DNA of 64,000 nt from Raillietiella orientalis (Eukaryota), in assembly GCA_036172245.1 (NCBI GenBank), contig JAYWIR010000046.1:124001-188000 (forward strand), given 5' to 3'. A program made the translations under genes and the position numbers. Below, one piece after another: positions 1 through 11,874 of the stretch (the first letter of the stretch is position 1; each line of letters starts with the position of its first letter). The notes below the pieces were generated by a model. It was not told the origin of the DNA, searched no databases, and saw nothing but the letters and a program-made list of their open reading frames with translations.

Positions 1-1030
1 GAGTGAAGCATAAAACTGTTAAATCTAGAATTTTTTACATCAATCTACTTGAATAAATGAATATTCCTTGCACTTTCAAACTTCAATGACTTTTCCTACA
101 GTTAAATGATGTGCTCTGTAGATAAATGTGGATGTAAACAGGCTTCAACAGTGTCCGTACCATATGTAAAAAGAACTCATAATCATTTATCATTTATAGC
201 TTATTTTGTATCATATTTTAATTGTATTTTGAAAAATTCATTTTACAGAGAGGCTGAGGATTAAAAATTCAAAACATTTAAATATGGTTTTATGAGTTTC
301 CACTCTCTTTACAGTTTGTAAACAATAAAAACATCACATTTGCTGACATGGAATTCTAATTCTAGTCCACGTGAAGATTGACTAAACAAACATTAAGAAA
401 AACGAGATGAAACAAAATGCAAATCATATAAGAATATATCAAACAATTAATTGTTTCTAATGGATACAGCATTACAAATATATATTTGTAAAAATACTAA
501 AATAACGGAGTAATATCACTGAAAGATGACTAAAACATGACAAAAAATTATAAAATTCCTTTGATTTTATTTAGCTTGAAGCCCAGTACAAAAAACAACC
601 CTAATTTTACTAGTTTTGCTTCAAACTTCATTCTCATTCTCAATGGCCATCAAAGGTAAATATTGGAAGGATCACATTAGAAAATGATACATTGTTTGAT
701 TAAATGTTACACATGCTTGGCATGTTATCTGCAAAATCACAGTAAAAGTTTTTTCTGTGAAATGCTACATTTGTTATTGAAACAACTCAAAACAACAATT
801 TCAAGCAATTTTTTCTCAAAACATACTAAAAGACAGGTAGCATTCAAGTGCATTCATTCAAAACCCATAATTGCAAAAATTAGAAACTTGCATGACCTGT
901 GTTTTCTACATACTGAAGTACCATCATCAAAACAGCAGTTGTAATTTTGGATGCTCTCTTTACAGAGTTTAAACGTCCTAAATGTTTAAACATGACGTGC
1001 TGAATTTGTCAAAATTCTAAAATGACTCAC

Positions 1031-2840
1031 CTAAAGCAAAAGGCAAGATGCAACAAATGTTTTCTATAATTTGTGCTTGCAAAGAACTTGGAAAAGTAGC
1101 CACTAATGAAGCAAATAAACATGGATAGTTCTCAATATTTTCATCATTCAAAAATGGTAAGAGACATCTCAGAGTATGCAAAATTGATTGTCCTAAAACT
1201 ACAAAAGTCTTCATTTGACAATGCACTTACGTGAACATATTTACTTATATCAGTGCTTTAATAGACACACACACACACACTACAAAACCGATAACAAGAA
1301 AAAAAAATTGTTTAGCTTTAATAATTAAAGAAAGAATATCTAAGACTACAGGTTAACAAAAATGAACAAAAAAACACACATGAAAAATCTGGGAAGGGGG
1401 AATGGAGATGAGGGCAAATATTAATTAAACAGATGCATAAATGTGCTTTCAAGCTCGAGTAGCATTTAATTTTGATTCAAGAAAAGAGATATTTAGGGTA
1501 TTTTCAGCATTTTATTATAATTAGTATATCAACTTAAATGTTTCAAAATATCTTATCTCATTGAAAACACTGACATTAAAACTTCAATGGCTGCAAACTA
1601 GTTACTAAATACCCTTTTAAACATCTGAAGGAACATACTATAGCATCAAGATAAATCACCTTCCAAAAAATGAAAAAAATTCGAAACATTAGACATCATA
1701 AAAACACAATGACATAGTTCTAATTTTAAAGTTTCTGGTATAAAGTAACTGAACAGAATTAATGTATCTTCACTACAGTGGTATACAAAAAATCTGAAAA
1801 AAATAAACAACAAACAATCCCATTTTGAAATATCTCCAAGCATACATCTAATATGTTGACACACATTTCCTATATATCTTTCATTTCCCATTTCCTATAT
1901 TTGTAACATTTTCAACTGAATAATCAAAAACCAAAAAGCTTAAACCTCATCAAAATAAATAACTATATATATTCATCCTTATTAAATACAGTAATTACTT
2001 TGAAATTTTTAAACCATAGTTCCATGCCGAATCTATGGGAGCATACAATGCAATGCTACTGTTAAAATGGGAAAAACATTAACCAAAAACTCAAGTGATG
2101 GAAAAAATAATTACATTTATTTAAAGTTTATGGAGTGAGAGAATAGGATCACTTACTATGTGAACCAACAGGAATTTCAGGAACAATTTCAATCAATTTT
2201 ACTACATTCCTGAGCAGTCCCTGATAGTTTAAACTTGGATAAACACTCAAACGTAAGTTATCATAACTAATATTTTGAAGGATCTTAAAGGGAACATCAG
2301 GAACATCTTTCAATATTGCTGAAATTCATATGATTTCTATAAGGTCATCATGTTGTTACTTAATGTTTACACATTGTCCTTCATTACAATAGTAAGTCTG
2401 AGTTTTTCCACACCACACATGTGACAAGAATCACAATCCTTTGATGTTAAATACATATTGCTATTTGCTAAGTCACCTACCTAGCAAGCACTGAGAAAAG
2501 TATTTAAGTGTTGAGGAAATATCAACACCACTTAGCTGTGGTGGGCTTCCATGGGCAACTTGTAGATGGTAATCTTGAAGATTTCTTATTTTTGCATCAA
2601 CTATTTATATAAGAATAGGAGATAATATTACTAAACATATAATTATCCTTTTCAGTGATTTGATTGGGCCTCTTTTCAAAAAGGTATATTAAAAACTGAT
2701 GACTTTTAACGATATTTATAATTAAAAAAATAACTACTCATTTGAAATTTAAAAATGAAAATTAGAAAACAAAACACAGAATCAAAATACTTTCAGCTAT
2801 TTCAGTAAAATATCTTACATGCAGCTGCTCTTGTGCCCAT
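1031..2840 (-). CDS. unc79: UNC-79 (NALCN channel complex subunit), N-terminal exons only; gene continues beyond the left edge
   Basis: Hand-spliced GT-AG exons 2840-2819, 2600-2481, 2318-2157 and 1198-1031 read MGTRAAAFDAKIRNLQDYHLQVAHGSPPQLSGVDISSTLKYFSQCLLAILKDVP...YPSLNYQGL...LGQSILHTLRCLLPFL...ILPFAL. This matches the recalled arthropod UNC-79 N-terminus (MGTRAAAF..K.R.L.DYH...SGVDI...KYFSQ.LL..LKDVP). Confidence 0.9.
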
Positions 2841-4793
2841 AAGGATTATGTCATTTATCTGAATATAAAGGAAACCTAAAAAATAAGACAATAAGAGAAT
2901 AATTGTAAACAATACACAGACTGGTAAACGATATCTATTATAATTGTATTCAAGAGGAATATATAAGAGCTCTGCATTAAGCATAAGCAGTGCCTTAGAT
3001 TGAAAATTACAGATGCAATTTTAACATCTGCACACAATTACTACATGGCGAATATGCTTAAGAAATGTGCCCTACATCAAAACAAAACAATGTATAAATG
3101 TATAAACAAATGTATAATCAACACCTCGAAAAACAAACCACAAAAGGTGAGTTTTAATTGCAGATCACTTATTTTATTATTGCAATAAAATAACTGATGA
3201 TGCAATTATATGAATCCAAAGGAATATCACAATAATTCAGAACTTCTGGCTAATACATATGTTTCCAACAAAAAAGGGAACATTAGCGTGACAATGTCTA
3301 TAGCTGTAACCTACCGTTTCGTGCTTTGGTTGAATGAAATCTAAAGCAGCAAAAATGAATGACACGCTATGTACTAAAACATCTTCAAGTCATGTACTAA
3401 AAATGTGGAAACATCTAAATACCAAAGGAACATCCTCACCACTTCAACACAACGCTGCTTTCATCTTCAAACTATGTTGCACAAAGATTCAACAAGTTCG
3501 TTTAAACGAGAATTTCGTAACTTTCTTTATACGGTACTTTACATTAAATATTCAAAAGAGTTCCGATTTTTCTTATATCTTTCCGGTAGTCTAAACCTCG
3601 ACTAGAATTCAATCAGTTCCAATGTAAACAGAACGATTCAGGAATACGCCGTCATGAATCGTGTTTAAAGATTTGCACTCTATATAATTTTAGATCATGC
3701 ATCGGCAATACATTGTGTAGTGTTTGTTCTAGTAGTTCCATTACAAACATCAATATTCAGTTTTAATCTATATACCAAGGAATCTTTTTGTTCCGCTCGT
3801 AATTTGTTTCAACAAATCCTGGAGTACTTTTGAAACGTTACTTCAAAAATGAACCAGGTTTAAGCGGACTACAAATAATTTTCTACAAATAGAAGATAAC
3901 GCAAAATTTATGAGACCCATTAAACTCTGCAATTTTGAAGTTGAGAAGTCATTAAAATGAAATGAAAGTCATTAAAATCTCGAAACATCAAGCAACTTGC
4001 TTTAAGCATGAAATAAGAATTAACTCTATACAGAAGTTCATAAGCAGCCATCCAATTGACAGTCGTGATGTTCAAGAGGATCACCTCGATCCCACAGTCG
4101 AGATGTCAACCTCAAGCTCAGAGCCCAACACAAGAGCTTTTCACGAATGCTGCTATTCATGAAGCCACTAATGCAAGCACAAATCATCTTCACATTTGTA
4201 ACAATGATAGTAATCATCGGTTTAAGCATTTGCAACAGACTGAGCTAGTACTTAAATTTCGTGTTCTGAGATGCAAATTCTATCCAATCATCCGATCATA
4301 CAGAAAGGAAAAGACAACTGGAACTAACCATGGATATAGGAAATTTCTAACTTGCAATCTATTGCGTTGATATATTTCTCATTCAACTACCGAGTCGTCA
4401 GACCTCTTGTGTAGTTCATCACCTCATATTTCAATGTTTATTCCCTCTTTCTGCATAAACAGCTCTAATGCGCTCAAGTTCCTCATTGGTCCTAAACTTT
4501 TTTCAGATTTTTACAGCAAACTAATAGGAGTTCTAAAAAAATTTCGAAAAATGAATCTGTTGTTATACCAGAACTTAGCCACAAATACATAAAATTGGAA
4601 TTTTACTTATAATGAAGAGCAAGTAGTCCCTTCCATCAAAATTTCCAATACTTAGTAGGAATTTTGAGTAATATGCAATTTTAGGAACAGTAATTATTCG
4701 AATATCACATAACCTCGAACGAAACATTTACGTCAACACACTTAGGAAGATGAAAAAACAAATATTTAACCTAGCGCTGGAAGTTAATAAGCC

Positions 4794-4866
4794 ACCGTTA
4801 GGACATGATAGGTATTTTATTCATAAGGCACTCTTATGAGTTAAATACCTATCATGTCCCAACGGT
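4794..4866. repeat. Near-perfect inverted repeat (hairpin), 73 nt
   Basis: ACCGTT-a-GGACATGATAGGTATTT-tattcataag / cttatgagtt-AAATACCTATCATGTCC-c-AACGGT with a 5-nt loop. Confidence 0.9.
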
Positions 4867-5863
4867 TTTCAAAGATAAATTCCGAATCAGTATTTCTTTA
4901 AATGAAATCCTTCTATCTTGAAAAATTTCAAAAGCAACAGTTTGAAAACAGAGTAGAGTTTTCGTTATAGCAAATGAAATGAGATTATGTACTTCTACCA
5001 ATCATAAGATATTTGAGTAAAAAAATATCCAATAATGTTTTTGTTCCATGATTTCTCAATAGACTATTTTGTACGTGCGAAATACGAGATACAAGTTTGG
5101 AGAGCATAGAAATGAACTTATCAAGATCCCTTCAGATCCATGCATATTAGTTTGCAGAACAAACCAAAAATTATTTTAAAAAACAAGATTTCAGAGCTCC
5201 CTTTTTTTTCATATATATATATATATCGATTTTTTGTACTGAACCGATGAACTGATGAAATACTCAAAAAAGACCTAAAATCATGAAAAATACACTTTTC
5301 AGACTTTGAATTTTCACATTTAACTTGACTTTAATGAAATCTAAGCAGAAGTAGCGTTTTAATATTGTTATGGGAGTCAGTAATTCAGAACAGCAAATAT
5401 GATTTTAAGCACCTTTCTGTTTAAAACTGGTGATCAATTTCAAACAGAAAGGTGAGAGCTTAAATATTTAGAGTGGGGGCAAGAGTGACCATTGAGGCTG
5501 AATATTAATCGTACATAACACGGTGATTAAGATCCTTTTAATAATAGAATTCCTACAAGTATGTATCCATCTCTTCGTTTAATCCTCTCATAAAAGAAGG
5601 TTTTTTGTTATTCTTATCATCTGGAAACTTAGAAGAACCTGGAATCATCTGTTTCACTTTAATATAGAACTTAATTTGATTTATAGTTCTCAAATAAGAA
5701 ACGATTCTATCGTTTTAATTCTAAAGCTTTGATACCTTCTTAATATGTTGGATCACATAAATTCTGTAAAGCAAATTGCAGAAACTGTTACTGCTTAAAC
5801 ACGTAAGCTGCAACCATTAAAAGCATTTATTATTTTTTAGAAAAGCATAAGTTGACATCTCGA

Positions 5864-7379
5864 TTTTCACCCGGGCGTTTATTAAAAAATAAACTTTAAC
5901 AAAGACGTGCTGTGGCTGGACCAGTGCTCCAGACATGCACGAAGAAACACAGAGCCTGCAGGGTTACCGATTCGCAGACCGTTACGGTCTACCACGGCAG
6001 CAGGGGAAGGGGGATAAACAAAAAACCTAAACAAAAAGAAAAGAAAAAGTGGGAGGGTGTGGGAAGGGATCACAGTTGCTGCTGGGCCGCTGCATCCTTT
6101 GCAGGATGCCGGCAAGCTCTTTCTGCATTCCAGGATGCAGGTGGGACCATCGCGACGCCTTCCTCAAAAATTCGGAGGCGTGCTGGATGGCACCCTTATC
6201 GTGAGGTCCTCCCCTAGCCTTGCTCCAAGCGGCGACGATCCCACGAAGGCAGCACAGGGCTGCTAACGACGCCGCAGGCCGAAGGGAGTCGCAACGAAGA
6301 GGACTTTTAAAGCGTCCCTGGGGTTGCCGCAGGGGATTCCGATGGCCGCGGCAAAGCGTAGCCAAAGGGCCCGGAGGGCAACACAATCCACAATTAGGTG
6401 GGGGAGAAACTCCCGTTCCCCACACCTAGCACAATTTGGATTCACCGCTCCCCAGATCCAATGGTGTCGGCGGGCGTTGCAGGGGAGTCCCCAGTGCTGC
6501 AACAGTAGAGCCCACTCCTGCCATTTTAAGGGGAGGGTGGAGGTGTTCATGAGCACCGGGGGCCACTTCAGATGTTCAATGGGAACATCGAACAGCGCGC
6601 CCCAGCGCAGAAGTCCATGGGAGGCGTACTCGGGGTCGCAGCGTCTGTCAGCTGACCCGTCTTCCACTTTTCTTGCTTTTTCTCCTTTCCGGAGATGGTT
6701 ACTCTAACCTCTCACTTCGCCGCAACCTCGCTGTGCAGATCTTCCATTAGGGAGGCCAGCGCAGCAGCGAGGAGGGTTCTTCGTGACCACGCTCTCTTTT
6801 TCGGATCCTCGGAGCGTTCAACTTCTGTAGCTCCCAAACAGAAACCGTCTTTCCCGTTGGGCGCGTTGCATGCCGCACTGTCCCCACGTGCGAACGGTTT
6901 CCTGCAACCAGGCACTACCGTTCGCGGGGCGACAGGTGATCCATCCTTGATTTTTCCGAATCAAGGCAGCCACCCTCCGCGGCTGGAGACCACATCGGTT
7001 GACACGGCGGCGGAGCGCAAGAAAGGACGTGAGTCCCGTATTGCCGGTGGCTTGCTGGAGGAGGAGACGTGCAGGGACGCACCAGCAGGTGCACCACAAC
7101 TGCGGCACAACGGTCATCAAACGGAACTGGAGCTGAAGCTCCAGCCGCTCCAATGTCAGGAGACTGAGACCGCTGTCCCGACGCGGAGCGAGCAAGTCCT
7201 TTAAGCGGAGTGGGGCCCTCCCGTTGCCCCAAAGGCCGATATGGAGGAGGTCCTTCGTCCGCTTTTTGATCCTCTCTGTAGGGGCAAACAAAAAGCAGGG
7301 GACGGAGGAGAGGAGCCGCGAACGTATTCCAAACCGCGGCCCGTTCCGGCAGGAAAAACCTGCCGCCTTGGAACGGGCC
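5864..7379 (-). mobile_element. 5'-truncated L1/Tx1-clade non-LTR retrotransposon (C-terminal part of ORF2, frameshifted) with a 15-bp target-site duplication
   Basis: GC-rich insert. Minus-strand peptides ERAAVWNTFAAPLL and GLWGNGRAPLRLKDLLAPRRDSGLSLLTL resemble the post-RT FLWxG...LxxPxxxGGLGL motif. NPNCARCGEREFLPHLIVDCVALRALW resembles the zf-RVT CxxC..ExxxHLxxxC finger. AATAAA and a short A tail lie at the 3' end. TSD AAGTTGACATCTCGA (5849-5863) / AAGTTGATATCTCGA (7380-7394). Confidence 0.8.
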
Positions 7380-7739
7380 AAGTTGATATCTCGACTGCAG
7401 GATTGAGGCGACTCCTTTGAGATTCACGACTGCGGATTGAATGACTGCATATGAAGTTCTGTATAGAGTTAATTCTTATTACATGCTTAGAGTAAGTTGC
7501 TTAATGTTTCAAGATTCCAATGGCTTTCATTAAAGCTTCTCGACTTTAGAAATGTTTTCAATCCAAATCTACAATGTCAAAAGAAATCATTTTACAAAAT
7601 GCAAATACCTTTCTATTGACCATTAGGAGCATTTTTTTTTTCAATATATGTTTCTATTTCGAGAATGTGTTTTTAAGATGAGCATCTGAGGAAGCAACAA
7701 AATTCCTAAAGGATTTGAATGAAATTATTAGAATACACA

Positions 7740-8700
7740 ATATGTGAGCATTTTTTCCCAAAGTCGTCGCCGATGTCAGACTGCAAATCAGTTAACTATA
7801 AGATATGCAGGCTCTACCCGACTTGCTCTATCCAAAGTCGAAGACTTGGGAATAGATGCTAGATAAAAAGACGATGTGCCCCCAAGAAAAGACTTTTTGC
7901 CTTTCACTGCGATGCTAGAACACAAATTAGTGCTCTAGTCGCTCCTCGATAACACCAAAAGACATTCGAAGTTATACGCATTGCTTTTAGGCCCGACTAA
8001 TGTCTTCGTAACGGTGCTCCAGCATCCACTGCAAAAAATATTGGACGAAGTTAAGATAAAGTAATTATCTTCTCACATAGAAAATCAACATAATGATTTA
8101 TACGCTGATGCAGACAGAATCATACCTGAGGAATGGTCATGTCGTGGTAGGCTGCAAGAATCTCCAGCAACTTTCTGTACATCGGCAAAAGCGTTGAAGT
8201 GTTTCGACTTCTGGTTGATGAATTCTGCTCACCTCAATCTCTTCCCAATTCGATTTTTCTTTATTCGTTCTATAAATAACGAAAAATCGTGAAGGATTAC
8301 CGAGACTACAATGAAACTTGCTTCATATTCTCCTCCATTGCCATGTGGACATTCTTGCCAACACACGAAAGGTACTATGTTTTGGTGCAAAGAATGCAGG
8401 CAACAGCTGGTCATTGGGAGTAGTGACTGATAACCAGGGAAATCCTGGACTGCATCTGTTGCTACCACCAGACTTCATGCTCCGACGAGAAAGCAGAATT
8501 ATTACATTCGATGTTGACTACTCGCTTGAAAACACGTATTCTGCATTGACCAAAGCATTCGAGGAGAAGAAGGCAAAATATCACGAAGTGTTCTCTTCTA
8601 TTCCGGAGTGCCGACTTTCGTTCGGACTCTGGTAATTTACTCTTTTTTCGCAATATCATGCCTGAGTAGCATACTGAGATGAAATAGAAGTCAGTTCGCT
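7740..8700 (+). mobile_element. Highly degraded Ty3/gypsy pol (RT/RNase H) relic; probably extends further right
   Basis: Broken motif remnants PKVEDL (cf. LPRIDDL), FEVIR..LGPTN (cf. YEF.RMPFGLTN) and ENTYSALTKA (cf. ERNYS..EKE); many stops and frameshifts. Confidence 0.4.
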
Positions 8701-11700
8701 GTCAAGACAATCATGCAAGAGTTTTTCAGAGGAAACTTGATGCCTCATCAATAAGCAGTTACATTCTTTCCAAATTGAAATATCATTTATGCAGCTCCAG
8801 TTCCACAAAAGAAACTCATATTTCTTCAACAGTTACAGGCGACTAGTTGGATTTTATGGAATGTGCTCCCTCAATTGAGAATTGCTTGGTGAACTGATTA
8901 GAAATATGAGAAAAGTGCTATTGGCATAGTCATTAATGATATCAAAATCTTGAAAATATATGATGTACATTGATCTTCAAAAATTAAAATCACTCATATT
9001 TTAATTTATTCAATGTATAATTCACAAAATGTGGCCATTTTCTGAAGTTTGGTTAATGGAGAAAAAGTATCGTGTTAAGTACATTGTGTGATCCTTAAAT
9101 GGAAATGAACAGTTTGTTAGAGTTTAAAGGCCATAGAAAAAATGTACAATATTAATAAACTTTGCCTAGTAAATAGTTTCTTTTTAGTGTTGCAAGGTTT
9201 AAAACATACTCGGAAACGTAACAACGAGAAGAAAACAAAGAAACTCCAAAACTTGGTGATCTGCCTCGTTGAAATCCATAACTGAGAAAAGAGCAAATTC
9301 TAACATGTTCCATGTCTGTGATCACATCTTTATAATTGGAAACGTTATCTGTGTCTTCTGCTAAGTTAAAGCAAAAAACATTTCTGGTGTAATTCTATGA
9401 ACAGTGTTTTGGATTCTGGTTCTTATTATTTTGGCACCCGATTTGTAATGATTCAATCTTTAGGAATTTTTTGTGACTTCATGAACACATCGTAGAGTTC
9501 TAGGAGACTAATAACTACACAAGTCTTATTCCGGTTATGAATAAAATCACACTATTGAAGCATCCACAGTAGAAACTTTTGTTGCTGATATGAGTTTGAA
9601 GAGGGGTTCTTGATTCCCAATTGCATTCTTTGAGGTTATTATTATGATATCGAACTTGTTGTTTCTGCAAAAACTAACTGCTTCTAGGATACTTTCTTTT
9701 TTCTTAAAAACAGAAATTCGAGTACTTTAGATCCAGGGCTTTGATTGAACATTTGCATCTACATTTTAGACATCAACAAAGTCAACATTTCATCAATACT
9801 TAGCTTCTAACTGTTGGATACTATGCTGACGCCGGATATTTCCTGTAAAAGATTCTCAGGAAATCATTTCGAATCAGTTGACAGCAGTAGCAAATAAAAT
9901 CACTTCGCATTAGGATAAGCAAAAGAAACTATTCTATTCGATGTGGAGTATCCTACTGATATTCAGGATGTTATCTTCAACTTAAGATTTAAGCAACTGT
10001 GAATGAAATTAAAATAGAATTAAAGTAGTTACATATTCGCGCAAAATGCTTAGTCAACATAGCACCAGCATATTCTAGTAATGTTCTAAAGAAGTTACGT
10101 GTCTTCTGTGAAATCCATTCGGGGAGTTGGAAAAAAGCTGAAAATGTTATTTCAAGAGTGCAGGAACTTTTATGATATGATAGGACAATGTTTTGAAAAG
10201 CAGAAGTTTTTAGCCCAAAACACAATTCTTTATGAGCCTCCGATATTGTTAAGGAAAAAGGAAAGAATCAGAACAGAATGTATCAAAACTAGTTGATACA
10301 TTCTGAGGAATGTCGATCTTAGTGAAAATACAAGGAAGAAATGAATGGCATACGAAATTCTTTCTACATAAACATATGAAAGCCAAGATCTTCAAAATGT
10401 TGATGAGACGAAAATAAAAATGATGTGACCAAAAATTAACAAAAGTGCAGAGAACAAACTGTATAGTGGTAAGGGAAATTAGATATGTCATGATCAAGTC
10501 ATGCTGCACATTAAGAAAGTTCCTGGAAAATATAAATATGTGTAGGGAGAATACATGCAAAAATCAATTTGACTGAAACGAACCTATCACACAAACTAGA
10601 ATATTTCTCCTTATACTTTTGTTTGAAAACGTAGCGAAAAATATGGAATTCGAGAGAGAGGGAAACGAGCTAAAGAAAATGTGATAGACACACCTTTTAG
10701 GTCTTCATTTAGGTTATCTTCTTGGTTCCTATGTTTATATGTTTATTTACCTAGATATTTCATATTACGCATAATTCGGCATGTATATTTAATCAAACTT
10801 TATATGTAAATGGAAGTAAAAAAATTTTATAATACGAATTTGTGAAACAATTTCCTTAAAAGCATACCCAGAGAGACGTTTGGTAGTCGATGTAAGTGTG
10901 ATGCACATGAATATATTCTTATTATACATAACTTACGACGGATCTCAAGTATCCCTGTGTGAACAACTGTTACAAAAATTCAGGACATACAGTGCAAATC
11001 AATAATAAATGTTTCAATTTCTAATAGTTAATGACATGCTATTGAGATGCACTCCAACAGTAATATGGACATTCTCCTATTTGATATCTGAATATGAAAA
11101 TATTGTTTTCTGAGGAAGTGATTGTTATTCTTTTATTGTCAGATGCATGTTTAGTCGGTCTAAACACTGAAACTTTACGAATGAAACTTCACGAACGACT
11201 AAAACTTTATGAATCCGATCCAGATGAGTTTTTATAGCATCATGACAAGCATGCAGAATATCTTATTTGAAGATAAATAATCTTAAGCAGGTTTAAAACA
11301 GTTTGCGGTCTGAGAAAAATAAGTCTTGAAAAAAGTCAGAAATGAGCTTTTCACGCTCAAACGGAGATTTTCATTGAAATGACTCAATTTTAGTTTCAAA
11401 TGACAGTATTTTAGCTTTAAGTGAATGAGATTGAAAATATACGTTTAGATTGAGGGTGTCGGCATGCTGTAAGAAGTGATGCATTTCAGCAAAAGAGATC
11501 ACATTTAAACGAAGACTCCAGTCTTATTTGCTTTTGATTAGTAAAGAGAGTTTTTTGATTTAGTAGACTAATCATTTTGAAATTTATTTCATAAGCATTA
11601 TTTACTTCGTTTCTTCAATCTGAAAGAATCACCAGGACACCATAATCTACTTTTCAATCGATAATCATGAAATCGTATTTATCTAATTTATTTCAATTAT

Positions 11701-11874
11701 ATGCGTCTGCCTCCCTGATTAAGCGTAGACTCCGCATGTCTAAATTTGTGTATGAAATGCTTAACTTAAAATTCCTATTTGCAGGAAATTGAACTAAGTA
11801 TATTTAAAGCTCTACATCCTTTGAGAGTCATGACAGTATACCTTAGTTTCTATTGAGAATATTAATTGTATTAA

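Noticed and set aside
11000..11650. Possible mariner transposase relic (LYESDPDEFL-like peptide)
   Set aside because: Single weak motif; no TIRs or DDD triad identifiable.
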